NCBI RefSeq assembly: GCF_009914755.1
Contig: NC_060927.1
From: the human T2T-CHM13v2.0 reference genome, Homo sapiens
Direction: 5' to 3' (one strand)
DNA length: 64,000 nucleotides
Part shown: positions 1 to 13,908 of the stretch, in pieces
How the letters are laid out: each line of letters begins with the position of its first letter
Numbering within the stretch: position 1 is the stretch's first letter
Made by a program: the position numbers and the translations under genes
Notes under the pieces: model-generated
Database searches by the model: none
What the model was told of the DNA's origin: nothing
Seen by the model: only the letters and a program-made list of their open reading frames with translations

Positions 1-60
1 GTGTATATACTTATATATACACACGCATACATACACTCATACACACACACATGCGCACAT
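1..60. repeat. (TA)/(CA)n imperfect microsatellite
   Basis: gtgtatatac...acacacacac alternating run at the window start. Confidence 0.8.
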
Positions 61-67
61 TCTTTAA

Positions 68-273
68 TCAAGCAATTTCTGTGTTTAGGGTATCTATCAG
101 ATAGAAATGACATCACAAATAAGTAAGGAAATATGTACAAGAATGTTACTGTAGCATTACATAAGTGGCAAAAATAAATCAGCAAACTATATTGTCAATT
201 AATAGGAGACAGGTTGAATAAATTAAGGTATATTCATGCTGTGAAATGCTTTTCAACTATAAAAAAGAATGAG
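68..273 (+). mobile_element. Old L1 (L1ME-like) 3' region fragment
   Basis: Degraded match to the L1 ORF2 end/3'UTR (gcaatt..tagggtatctat..tgtacaagaatgtt..gcatt..tattcatgctgtgaaat..aaaaagaatgag). Confidence 0.6.
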
Positions 274-282
274 CTTATTAAT

Positions 283-580
283 TTTTCATTCAGGAAACAT
301 TTAACTTATCTCTACAATGTTCATGTCCTGTTTTAAGTGTGAACATTAGAGCAAGTACTGAAGGAAAGTGTATCTTTCATGACTGTTATATTCTAGTGAG
401 GGTAGGAAATAAACAGGTAAACAAATAAAAATAATTTCAGAGAGTGGTTATGTACTAAGAATAAAATAAAACAAAGTTATATAATAGAAAATTACAGATA
501 TGATGTAAACTGGAACCTGAAGAAAATGAGAAAGACAGCTTCCCAAAGATAATGAAAAAGATTATTTTAAGCAGAATGAA
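283..580 (-). mobile_element. L2 3' fragment
   Basis: ttcattcaggaaacattt..ttctagtgaggg..aaacaggtaaacaaataa..atttcagagagtg resembles the reverse-strand L2 3' end. Confidence 0.6.
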
Positions 581-1454
581 CAACTAATTTACAGCCCTAT
601 CAATGGCTCCAGAGGAATGCACAGAGTATATGTAAAAAGAAAAAGTATAAAAAAATATGGTATACTGTAATCTCACTTTTGTTATAAGAAAGGAAAAAGA
701 ATCACTCTTCAGGAAGGTATGCATATTTTTTAAGTGAATATAGAGAAAGTGTGGAAGAATACACATCACTTCAACACTAGTTAATGCAGGTGCTAGTATT
801 GGACTGGGAAAGTATAGGCAGTTTACTTTTGCTTTGTAGATGTCTATATTTTGGTTCATAACAGCAAGCATATTTTGATTTTAGAGCCTGGGGGAAAAAT
901 CTTCAAACAAGCTTTTAAAATTATGGGTTTTTGAATATTTTTAGTATGAAGCTCATTTCAAATTTGAGATTCATTTCTTTGGCAATGAGAAATACCCTTA
1001 TTTCTTTGATTATTCCCTCCCCATCATTTCTCTAGCAGTTCTTTATCGAACACACCTATGAATTGGTAATCAGAATCAAGAGGCTTGGCTATGTGGAATT
1101 TTGAGTAATTATTTTCAGTTATTATTAGAGACTCCACTAGTGCTGATTCCTGTTCACTGTTGTGTTGAGTATGGGTTCTAAACCCTGAGCCACTTCCACC
1201 TCCACAGCTCTTGTACAGATATTTTTGGCTGTAGTTTCTTCTGCTGTCTTTCAAGATTTTTCCTCAAAAGTCCTCCTAATCATTTATCCCCCTCCGTGTC
1301 CTATATCTGTTTATAAAGAACCTAAATAAAGTCTCCTAGAATTTTGTGCTGGGGAATTGTAGGTGTACCTACCCTTCTTGTGATAATGTCAGATGATAAA
1401 ATGCTTGCATAATGAAACGAAGTCAGGTAAATGGCATAGAGTTTGGCTACTATT

Positions 1455-1770
1455 GACCTTAAATACAAGCACTGTGATATCAGGACAGTCAATCTAATAA
1501 CCAAGAGGGCCACTATGTGACTAAGGGGCCAGTAGCATAGGCAGTGTAGCTATGCTAGACAAAGGGATGATTCAAAACCTGGATGGGGACAAGACAAGGC
1601 AAGATTCTGTCATGCTACTAAGATGGCTTACAATTTAAAATTTATAAATTGCTTTTTTCTGGAATTTGCCATTTAATATTTTCAGACCATTGTTGACCAC
1701 GGATAATCGAAACCATGGATATGGGGGACTCCTCTATGCTCAGAAACCATGGATAAGGGGGACTCCTGTA
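1455..1770 (-). mobile_element. MER44 (Tigger7-type TcMar) DNA transposon fragment
   Basis: ctggaatttgccatttaatattttcagaccattgttgaccacggataa..ggataagggggactcctgta matches the reverse complement of the MER44 terminus and ends in TA. Confidence 0.75.
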
Positions 1771-2148
1771 TGCTCAGTTCATCATCTTTATCCAACCTCC
1801 TCTCCTATTTTACCACCTTAGAATTTCTGTATCAGCCTTGAAGGGTAATCAGGCTAAGTGTAAGTACTTACAAAACTAAATGTTTTTAGAGCACAGATGA
1901 CTCCTTACATTTCCTGAGTTCAGAATATTTATTCTAGTCCTCTGAGTTTCAGCCTATTGCCATCTTTCCTTTCCAGTTTTTATTTCTCTTTTAAAACCAT
2001 TGTTTTTGAACATAGGCAGACATGATTGTTGAAGGCACAACTTCTACAGCTAGGGCATTGGGTTGCTTATTCTCATTTCTACCAGACCTATTTAATTTTT
2101 ATCAATTTATACTTTATTTGTTTAAAGTCCTATCAATAAAAGGTGTGG

Positions 2149-2533
<385 letters not shown>

Positions 2534-3882
2534 TTATGAGTTTATCTTTGGCTTTCTCCCAATATTTTCCTCAGTCTTTCCTCATTTTCAATTCTTCTTA
2601 TGACCTGCCTTCCAGATGCCTACAACCACATGCTGTTCTCAGATCCTAAAACACATTCAGACTCAGCCTTCAGTAGTTATATTCCAAGCAATCCAAAATA
2701 ACCTTTCCCTGTTCCCCCAATAAAAATGTAAATTCCACAAGTGTATCAGATCTTATCAAGATGTTACAGAATTATTTGATTAAAAATTCACATGTAGATA
2801 TTAAAAGTGGATAGAAAATCCCCAGGAAGTATGTTGCATTTTAAAATTGGATTTTGTTATCGTACTTATCTTTTTGGTAGATGATATATGGGCATGTCTG
2901 TGTCTGTGTGTTCCATTCCTTCTCCTTGTCCACTCAGTGATGAGACGTATGCTTCCTTTTGAAAGAAGAGGGCACATAACACTGCAAACTCTTTTTATAT
3001 GTCAAAGTTGGTGATTCTTAAATTAGTGGAGTTCTTGAATTTTTTACTGGTCTGTGACAAAATGAGAAAAATAAAGACATTATAGTGCATTTTGATGAAG
3101 CCAAATTGATTCAGTTTGCAGAACTGTAATTTATTCTGTAATTTTTGTCCTGTTTTAATGAAATAATTCTTATGGTAGGAAGTCTTATTTTGGGTCTCCT
3201 AATCGTGACAAAGCAGTACTCTCTGTTGAGAAACTCTCAATTTAAAAAATTCCATAAAATGCTAAAGCTTTGCAACACAATCTATTCTGACCTCTTCAGA
3301 AGAAAATACCTTGTCTTATTCTGTATTATCTCCCTACTGCATAGCAAAGTGTCTGTCATATTATAGTGCCCACAATTTGAAGAATTGAATTATGAGATAT
3401 GTAAAATAAGCCAAGCCTTTTAATGCTGTCCTTAGAGTTTATGCTGTAGTAGAACTGTATTAGCAGAAATTCTATCTGTACTACTTCATATAAACCCAAT
3501 GCTGCATTGTAGGTACACCAGTACTCTCTATTTTTTTTTCCTATTGGAATTTTGCAGGAAGTTTCTTTACTTGGTTCCCAGAGACTCAGAGTCTATCCAT
3601 ATCTTCTCCATATCTTCATTGCTAGAAAACTATCCCTTAAAGCATGTTTAAAACTTTCCCCCGTTATTCTGAAACAGGTTCCAAGCCATCAAAATTGTGT
3701 GTCCTCTTAATCGATTGGACTGTTTTCTTATTTATCTTTATATGTAAATTGTACTAAATTTAACTAAAAGACAGGGGGTCTCATTTAAAATTCCTGTGGC
3801 TCATTAGCCAGATCCCATAGTATTGGAGGTACTTTTCAGGCAAGGTCTTTTCAATCCTGGGGAAGTGGAAAATAGACAATGT

Positions 3883-4270
<388 letters not shown>

Positions 4271-5632
4271 CTATTTATTAGACTATTGTGTTTTCTCTAA
4301 CTTAATAATTATATCCATATAACTTAACTTTTGCCAGGCGAGCTTTCTTGATTATCCCCTCTAAAAGAAAGCTTTCTTCCTTGAGTAGAACCCTGACCCC
4401 ATAATATACACATTTTTGTCTTTTGTGATCATTTAAATATTTGCTTTTTCTTCATTTCAGCTAGTTTTATCCTTCAACAGTGGAGCAAAAAGTTCTTGCT
4501 TATGTATTTCTCTTAATTTTATTATTTATCTTTGAATTCTGCTCAGTCTGTTTGTCACTTCCTCCTGGTAGGAACAAGATCTCCATCCTCCAGGTTTCCC
4601 CTACCTGACACCATGGAACTACATAACAGTGATTATATTTAATGTAAACTGTCAGTGTAGAGGGAGGGGATGGATAAGACTGTGATTATTAGAATAGTGG
4701 CACAGATATCTAGCTTATTTATAACAAAGTATGAATGAATAGCAAAGATATTTTGCATAGTTCACTATCAGTGACTATTGGAGGTTCAACTATGTCTTTT
4801 TTGTCAGTGTCAGTGAATTAAAAATGCATCTATGCAAAATTCTGCTTCTGGTATAGTTGGCCTTTGCTCATTAATGACAAAGAGGACAGAACTATAGCAT
4901 GAGTGACCATGGGAAAGCATAGTGTCTCAGTGTCCTTAAAATACAGGAAAAAGACCTTGAAATTTGAGACCTTGAGTTTAATTGTCTTTCAGCCTCACAG
5001 GACCGCCTACTTTATCAACACAAGCTTCTTCATATCAGGCTCTTTATTGCTTCCATGCCATTGTAATATGTAGTCCTTGAAATTATTGATAAACTCTAGG
5101 ACTATTATCTTACTCCCCTAGACCAGGAGATATAGTTCAGATTTATGCCCAAATAGACATATCTATGCTATCACAAACATCTGTAGCTGGCAGTATATCT
5201 TCATGGCTTCCTTTTAAGCATGTACCTTTTATTCTGTCTAATGCACTTTCTCTATTCATTAAGCATGTTTACCATTATTTTTTTCATTAGCCACTTGATA
5301 AATATTTTCTATACTCAAATTCTGATGTCATATCAATAGTATTTTAAGAATATCTGCTTTCTTATTATCAAATAGATTTGAGAGGCCTTCTCTGTACTCA
5401 TGATGATGCACACTTGAAACTGTAAAAACCTGCACATTCACATAAATGGTGAAAATAATAAGTAATTTCAGAATCATGACAATAATGTGAAGCTAGTTTT
5501 CTTAACTTTCATTCATTATGTTGCTTTAGCAATAGATTGTTTACTGTTTCCAGTTTCCAAAAACTCAATAGATCATTTTCTTGAGTAGGAAATGTTAGAA
5601 GATAACTTTCTAACTAAAAGATAATATCATGA

Positions 5633-6036
<404 letters not shown>

Positions 6037-6334
6037 TTAAATTTTTCTAAGTTTATAATCAGATAAGAAATATTGAAATACATTTATGAATGAATTCAGA
6101 ACTGGCAAAATTGGTCAATATGCATAAGTTAATATACACTGGTCACATGCATTTCACCAGACACAGTTTATATATTTATAGACAGAAATTAGTTGTAATA
6201 CTATTAGTTTTAGACAAGTTAATGCCTATTTCTACAAAGTTGTAAAATAGCCTAGTTGAAGACAAAGAAAAGTGCACACTCCTACTGGATGAGTTAATCA
6301 GCAGATGCTATGGTGTTCTCCATTGAAAAGATAA

Positions 6335-6664
<330 letters not shown>

Positions 6665-6699
6665 TCAAAGTCTTCAATAATTTTTCTCTTCATTGTGAT

Positions 6700-7800
6700 C
6701 TTAATAAACTCAAAGAAAGATTATTCTTTATCACAAAATAAGAATTGTCTCATTATATTTAGCCTGATTATTTGCATATATGCAGCAAGAGTAAAGTCCA
6801 CAGCCATAAAGTATTGAGCAATCAGAAGGTTAACTTATTTCTAGAAGTTGTCATAAAGAATATCAGGTTGGATTTTAATTTTAAAATCCTCTCTTACTTA
6901 CTACCCTGAAGGTAGGAAACCAAGTCTCAAAAGACTATCTATACCAGATTTCACCTGTAGTACATGTACATGTGGATGAATTTTCTCTCCTCTTCCTCTT
7001 CAAGTCCCCAAAATATTTGTAGTTTTTTTTTTTCTCGCATGCCTGATATGACCTTTCTTACCATTTGTAAATGTGACTCTATAGCCAGGTACCGGGCAGT
7101 TTCCCTGGGAGGACTTTGTAGGCATCAGTTTCACAGGTAAAGTCAATTATAGTTCTGTAAAAGTTGCTTGTCAACCTGATTAAATGAGCATTATTCTCAA
7201 TTATAACACTCCAGGTGAAGCCTTGGTTGCATAGTCAATACTAAAAATTATATCTTGGTAGAAATGAGAACAGATTCTTACTGAACATATGTAAGTAACT
7301 GAATTAACATGAAAAGTTAGAAGCTGAAGAATTTCTGGAGGGCCCAATGGAAATAGATATTATTTTAAAATGTTTCATTTCAGATAACAAAAACAGAATT
7401 GATTAAATTGGTATGTTTCATTAGATTTTGGGTTATAAGTCTTGCGAAGCTGTTTTGTTCTTGACTCAACCCAGTCTGAATGTTGTATAAGTGATGTCAT
7501 CAGAAGCCTTTACCCAAGAGTCTTTTCTCTGAATTGCCAATAATGTGAAGAACCTGCAATAGCCCTTTTTCATGGTGTTCCAACACCGTGGAAAAGGACT
7601 TTCCTGTCCATGTCAAAGTCTTTTTTTGTCAAATACAAAATCAGATAAGCATCTGAGTAAAATAAAGACTATTTGTAGATTACAGAGACTTAATGGCTAT
7701 TGCTAATCTATTACTGAAATTTTTCAAATGTGAAAGGACTAATGAGAGTTCATAAAGAGAATCTGTAAGTGACAACAAATGTTGGTTGTTTCTGCAGCCT
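6700..7800 (-). mobile_element. ERV1 (MER4-group) internal non-coding fragment
   Basis: Motifs typical of MER4-group internals: atttagcctgattatttgcata..gcagcaaga; ccagatttcacctgtagtac..ggatgaatt..gtccccaaaatattt; subfamily, strand and ends uncertain. Confidence 0.5.
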
Positions 7801-8027
7801 ACAAAGTATAAAAAGAAAGCCATTCCAAAAAAATTTTAGACAAACTATCTCTAGAGATAACTGATAAGCCCATTTTCAAAAATTCAATACGTGTTACACC
7901 TGATTTATAAAAATAAACGAACATAATTTTCACAATGAATAATTCTGAAACATTATATACATAATATACAAAAATATACATAGAATATGAAGCAAATAGA
8001 TTCAGTAAGTAAAGAGTAAGGCCTAAA

Positions 8028-8090
8028 CATCTATATCTTTACAAAACTCCGTGGGTAAGTCTACCTTGTATCAACAATTGAGAACCACTT
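8028..8090. mobile_element. MER5A-like hAT terminal fragment
   Basis: atctatatctttacaaaactcc..ttgagaaccact terminus. Confidence 0.5.
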
Positions 8091-8313
8091 TTCTTGAAGA
8101 TAGATTGAAATGAAAAAAGCAAGATTGTGGCCTAGTAAACAATTTAAATAATTTCTAAAATTATGACCTATAACACCACACTATTAAGTAATATCTTTAG
8201 GCAAACCAACAAGGCTACAAAAAGTATAGAAAAAAATAAACTGAACTATTTTATAAGACTTCGTATTAATGTTTCTTTGAGCATAAAAATGTATTATGGG
8301 CAGTCACTGAGGT

Positions 8314-8503
8314 ACAGCAGATTCTCATTATTCATTGATTCTATATTTGTGAATTTGCATACTTGAAAGAATTTATTTGTAACCCCAAAATTATTAGTTG
8401 TGGACATGGACATTCCCAACTGAGGTCAAACAAGGCAACACTCTGCTCTCTTGTTTCAGCTCTCATACTGAACCGAGTGTCCCTTTCAAGCTCAATTTAA
8501 TGT
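8314..8503 (+). mobile_element. MER82 (Tigger-type) 5' fragment
   Basis: ta-cagcagattctcattattc..tttatttgtaaccccaaaa..ttcccaactgaggtcaaacaaggc..cttgtttcagctctcatactg. Confidence 0.75.
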
Positions 8504-8509
8504 GAATCT

Positions 8510-8601
8510 TCTACCCACTAGATACCAGTAGTACTCCCCATGTACTGACAACTAAAACCATTTCTGGACATTGCCAAATTTGTCCCCAGTGGAGAACCAC
8601 T
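8510..8601 (-). mobile_element. MER20 (hAT-Charlie) fragment
   Basis: ctacccactagataccagtag..gacaactaaaa..gacattgccaaat..gagaaccactg. Confidence 0.75.
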
Positions 8602-8611
8602 GGTCAAATAC

Positions 8612-8815
8612 TTTGTTTCAAATCTCAGTTTCCACCAGTAACTAAGTAATCTTGAGCAGGATACTTAACCTCAATATCCTCAGCTGTAAAATGGTCATAA
8701 TATTGCTCCTAATGCAAATAATTATTGAGTAGATAAATGAGCTAATACATTTCAAGCTTGGAGTCCAACATCTTTGACATAATGCTTAAATAAATGAAAA
8801 CTCTTATTATTTTAT
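8612..8815 (+). mobile_element. MIR SINE
   Basis: ttcaaatctcag..cttgagcag..acttaacctc..ctgtaaaatgg..taaatgagctaat core. Confidence 0.7.
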
Positions 8816-10196
8816 TATTGATTGTAGCTACTTAAAGGAATAAGTAATAATCAAAACAAACATTTGCATGCTACTTTGAAACACAGTGTTACTCCATCAA
8901 AAGCTATTTAGAAGGACTAATTAAACAAAAGTAGTTTTTTCCCTAGAAGGCCTACTTCAATTATTTTATTGACTTAATTCATTAAAGTCCATAAAGTTAT
9001 AATGTTTTCCAAAGACTTCTTCAGGTCTGCAGTCTAATATATAAGATGCTTTAATTTTATGTGCAGGGTTGTCACTAAAATAACTCTTGTGAACTGCTAA
9101 ATGTCCAAGACACCATTGCCTATTTCCCCATAGTTACGTAGTCTTCCCTAATAATAGATGCAAATTCTCTAGAGCAGATGTTGTGTCCTATTTATTTTCT
9201 ATACAGTATACAGAACACTATGCCTTTTCATGAGCTTAATTCTGGTAGTATACCATCTTCTGGGAGAATCTTTTAGAATTGACATTAGCTCTTGAAGAGT
9301 CTAATTTATTATTTAAGTTACCTTAGCTATCTAAAAAAAATAAAATCTCAACACACATAAAAGAAAGAACATATGAAATAAAGAATGCTGTAAGATCTTT
9401 TCATTTCAAATGCTGCTTCCAGAGCATCTCTGTTTAAATTAAAACATATTTTTCCATTAGTATATATTAATACATTAGCCTAGTAAGGAGTACAAGATCT
9501 GGCAGGTTGGTGATGATGGAGCCCAAAAGAGAGATAAATACATTTTTATTGTATTTTTATTGTATTTATCTCTAGGCTAGGAAGGGCAGATCTCAGTAAT
9601 TCAAGTAGGACCAACTGTAAACTTGTTTTCAGTTATGTCTGTCTGATATTTCCTCTGGGCATGGTGGGAAGCCTGGAGGTGCCCTATTCCCTGGGGTACT
9701 AGAACCCAAGCTGGCTGGTGGGCACAACCTCTGGAGCCTTGAATTGTAGATAGATTCTGGGAGAAGAGGAGACATTTGTAAGAAGTGGTATTTCATAAGA
9801 ATTTTTAGGTTAATATTAAAAATAAATGATATAAAAAGAAATTTCCAAAATCAAACAAAGAAAACAATGAAGGACCAGCCAAGTGGGGATATCAAGAATT
9901 TCAGAATCCAAAGAGGTTAGTGTGGAGGAGGATGGAAGTTGTGACCTGGAGCAATTCTTGCAAGAGTTGGGGTATTCGCTTTTTTAAAAAATGGAGAGCC
10001 ATGCTTCCTGGTGGAAATAAGGGTTGAAGGTCTACTTTATTCAACATTCAACATATGCTTATTGACTAGGTTAATATCAGTACGGCAATTTGTTAGGCGA
10101 TAGTGACATAATGGAAAGTGTATTTAAAATTGGTTCCTGCTCTCATAAAGCTCTCAAGTAAGTAAAAGATATTGTTACATATTGTCAGATCAATAC

Positions 10197-10750
10197 TGTG
10201 AAAAGAAAATAAATCTCAAGACCCCAAACTCACTAAGTCAAAGGGAAAAGTCAAGCTGGAACTGGGTCATGCAAACCTGCTTCCCATTTTGGTTCCTAAA
10301 GAAGATGGTTACAAAGATAAAGAGCTACATACTTCCCTCACATTTTGCCCACAGGAATTTCCTGTGGATCCCAAGATCTTTACACTAAAGTGTTTCTGTT
10401 AAAGTTCACTGTGGCAATGTAAATTGATAGCTTCTTCACAGGTGCAGGGACATGAGACAGAACTCAAAGTCATCCCTGTGCCTGTCTGAGACAAATGCAT
10501 ATCTGATTGTTTCTTCTGCTGTATTGTCTGCCACCAGACAAAGCGATGAATGACTGTTTTCCCTAACCCCTCCTCACATGAAAATTGTGTATTTCTCAAT
10601 AGCTTGCCCTGTCCCCTTTAAATACTGAAGCCCTCAACATCATCTTCAGAGAAAGGCATAGACCTGTATCCTGGGCACACATCCTTAACTTTGGCAAATA
10701 GACCTCCTAAAATGATTGAGGCTTCCCTTGGTCACTTTTCTTGATTAACA
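10197..10750 (+). mobile_element. MER4-family ERV1 solo LTR
   Basis: TG..CA termini; tgtgaaaagaaaataaatctc..aagggaaaagtcaagctgg; perfect 4-bp TSD ATAC at 10193-10196 and 10751-10754. Confidence 0.88.
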
Positions 10751-11234
10751 ATACCATATATTAATAAAGTTAGCTGCTCATTATGAAAATAACATTATTC
10801 TATTACAGTGGATTATAAAGAAAACTCACCTACATTGTAGTGATGATGGTGGTGATGTAGGGACAGAAATTAGGGAGGCTTGCCCAAGGAAGTAATATTT
10901 TTTTCTGAGATTCCATTAATGTGTGGGAATGAGCAGCATTCCAAAGAGAATTTAAGAGCACAAAGGCTGAGTGGAGGAGGAATGAAAAAGTGCTCAATAT
11001 GTGAAAGATGGCCAGAAAGTCTAGAACAAGGAGATCCAGGAGAACAGATCTGTGATATGTCAAAGTAAGCAGAGGCCAGTCCATGCAGGAAGTCACAGGT
11101 CACTGGAAGGACCAGAGCCAGTACCTGAAGCTTATGAAATAATTATTGAAATTATTTAAGCAGAGAGTGAATGATCAGATTTGTAGTGTAGAGGCATCTG
11201 TTTTACAACTCTATGGTGATTAGATTGTAGGTGA

Positions 11235-11799
11235 TATGACAGTTAATTTTATAAGTCAGCGTGATTAGGCCAGGGCATATCCAGATATTTGGTGAAACAT
11301 TATTCTGAGTGTTCCATGAAGGCCTTGTTGGATGAGATAACATTGAAATCAGTAGAATGAGTAAAGCAGACTGCCCTCCCTCATGTTGATGTCCCTCATC
11401 CAATCCCTTGATGTCCTGTATGGAACAAAAGGCTGAATAAGGTAGAATTTGCTCTCTCTGACTATCTGAGCTCGTACATGGGTCTGCACTCACACTGGAA
11501 CTTACTCCATCTGCTACCCTGGTTCTCAGGCCTTCTGACTCAGATGGGAGCTATACCATTGACTTTTTTGGGTTTGCAGCTTGCAGATTGCAGATCTTGG
11601 ATTCTCACTCTCCGAAATCACATGAGCCAATTCCTTATAGTAAATTTCCTTATTCATATAAGTATAAATATGAATATAGACATATATTTATATTCATATT
11701 TACATATATAGACACATGTTTATATTCATACTTATACATATATATAATGAATATAAATATACCTCCTTTCTATTTCTCTAGAGAACCCAGACTAAAACA
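11235..11799 (+). mobile_element. MLT2 (ERVL; MLT2D-like) solo LTR
   Basis: gttaatttta..ccagatatttggt-aaacattattctg..cagcttgcaga..catgagccaattcctta..tctctagagaacccagactaaaaca; internal AT-rich microsatellite at 11655-11760. Confidence 0.85.
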
Positions 11800-12627
11800 G
11801 GCACAAAGACAGGATAAGGAAAATTCTTAGTAGGCTATTATAGGACTTCATTTATGAGATGATGATGACGTGGATTAGAGTGATAGAGTTTATATGAAAA
11901 GACATGTATGAATTGGGGAGATAGTTAGAAGGTGTAATTGACAGGATTTGATGATGAATTAGACTTGGGTGTGATAGAAAGGAAGGTGTCACAGTTGGCT
12001 CATGGGATGCTCACATTGGGACCTGAAAGGATGGGTGTCACTGGTTAGGTCTAATGGAGAAGATCGCAGCACAGTTTGAGGTATTGAGATACCAAATGAA
12101 GGCGTCTAAAAAATAGGTCTGGCCTGGACATATAAACTTGTGAATCTTTACAGATGTCAATTGAAACTATGGACTTAAATGAGATTTTTAGAGACAGACA
12201 ATAGAATTTAAAAAAAAAAGAGGACTAAGACTGAGATTTGAGGAATTCCTAAATTTAATAACTGAGCTGAAGATAGGAAGCTACGAAAAGAGAAAGAAAA
12301 TGGGTAGCCAGAGAGATAAGAGAAAGACAAGCAACGTTTGCCACCACATAAGAAAAAAGTATTTTGGATGAAGAGAGAATGTTGCCAGAACAAACTATGC
12401 TGAAAAGTTCGGTGAAGACAAAGATTTATTTTGATATTAAAGCTATTGTTATCCTCAGGGAGATCTTAGAAAGAGCTATTTTGCTGAAGGGAGAGGTCAG
12501 GTTTCTGAGGGTTTTTGAGTCAAAGGGAGCCAGAAACAGTTTCAGTCAGGAGTTTGGTTGTAAAGAGTGTTAGGGTCCTACTAGGAGAGGGATGTGGGTC
12601 ATAAGAAATTTATTAAAAATTAGGCTA

Positions 12628-13214
12628 AAGACAGTGCAGCAATTCCTCAAGGATCTAGAACCAGAAATACCATTTGACCCAGCAATCCCATCACTGGGTA
12701 TATACCCAAAGGATTATAAATCATTCTACTATAAAGACACATGCACACATATGTTTATTGAGGCACTATTTATAATAGCAAAAACTTGGAACCAATCTAA
12801 ATGCCCATCAATAATAGACTGGATAAAGAAAATGTGGTACATATACACCATGGAATACTATGCAGCCATAAAAAAGGATGAGTTCATGTCCTTTGCAGGG
12901 ACGTGGATGAAGCTGGAAACCATCATTTTCAGCAAACTAACACAAAAACAGAAAACCAAACACTGCATGTTCTCACTTATAAGTGGGAGTTGAACAATGA
13001 AAACACATGGACACAGGGAGGAGAACATCACACACCAGGGCCTATCGTGCGGTGGGGAGCTAGGGGAGGGATAACATTAGGAGAAATACCTAATGTAGAT
13101 GACAGGTTGAAGGGTGCAGCAAACCACCACGGCACATGAATACCTATGTAACAAACCTGCACATTCTGCACAGGTACCCCAGAACTTAAAGTATAATAAC
13201 AATAATAATAATAA
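12628..13214 (+). mobile_element. 5'-truncated L1PA (L1PA7/8-like): ORF2 C-terminus and 3'UTR
   Basis: ORF track 12592-12993 gives FLKDLEPEIPFDPAIP..WMKLETII..CMFSLISGS (L1 ORF2p C-terminus); ends cagaacttaaagtataataa plus (AAT)n; degraded TSD ttagg(c/t)taaa. Confidence 0.95.
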
Positions 13215-13349
13215 GTTAGGTTAAAAGAGGCTTGAGTACATTTAAATATGAATAGAAAAGACTTGCTTGCAAGGAAAATCTAGAACACAAAAAGAATGTC
13301 ACCGAGAATAGAGAATTACTTAGGATGCTCCTGGAGGATCTTTTGGAAT

Positions 13350-13565
13350 CAGAAGTAGATTACTGAGATGCTATTGAAGCTTGCAGGCAGGTATATTTTT
13401 GGCCAGCTTTTGAAAATTTTAAATTTGTTGTTGTGATTTCATTTATTATTATTCATAAACATACAGTAGTTTTAAATTTTATATTCATAAGTTTGTGTGA
13501 TTATTCTTAAAGAGGACGTCCCTAATTATATAATCATTAGACCACACATATGCTGGATCCACCCT
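13350..13565 (+). mobile_element. hAT relic (MER53/Arthur1-like)
   Basis: Start cagaagtagattac..gctattgaagctt; end cttaaagagg..tggatccaccc. Confidence 0.45.
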
Positions 13566-13717
13566 TTTTGGCAATTCAATTTTTGATTACCTTAATCATG
13601 CTTCTCCACAGAACTTACTAAAATAGCAGAGTTTACAGTCTGAATGTGTTTCCTCTGCTTTGATTTCTAGAATCTACTTTCCTCATTCTAATGGTCTGTT
13701 ATTTTTGCTTGGGTTAC

Positions 13718-13908
13718 CTTCCCTTTAAGTAGAACTAAGTACAGTATTTTACAGGAATCCTCCAGAGAGCAGTTTTCCTGGAAGTTTTCTTTAACATACA
13801 TTGACAATTCTGTAAGCTCAGCCAGAGCTTTGAAAGTGAAAGATCTTGGGCCCCAGTTCAGTAGTTTCAGAAGCAAGGCATCCATATAGTGTAATAATTT
13901 GCTGGTAC
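13718..13908 (-). other. Candidate spliced exon (191 nt), gene unknown
   Basis: Minus strand: ttctttctctttccattcctcctactgctcag|GTACC..GGGAAG|gtaacc; one frame is open throughout. Confidence 0.4.

Larger units (their letters stand above)
10038..12590 (-). mobile_element. Fragmented L2 interrupted by MER4 and MLT2 LTRs
   Basis: L2 3' end cattcaacatatgctttattga at ~10045; collinear L2 motifs resume at 10760-11230 (gagagtgaatgatcagatttg) and 11800-12590 (gtaattgacaggatttgatgatgaattaga). Confidence 0.65.

Noticed and set aside
1024-1254. 76-aa minus-strand ORF with a GGGSGSG motif
   Set aside because: It starts at a non-ATG codon, has no recognisable homology and has only weak splice signals.
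6700-10750. ERV1 internal fragment plus MER4 LTR as a single provirus
   Set aside because: The LTR has a perfect TSD on both sides, so it is a solo LTR, and it sits in an L2 2.4 kb away.
12592-12993. 133-aa ORF
   Set aside because: It is the C-terminus of L1 ORF2p in a 5'-truncated L1PA with a chance upstream ATG.
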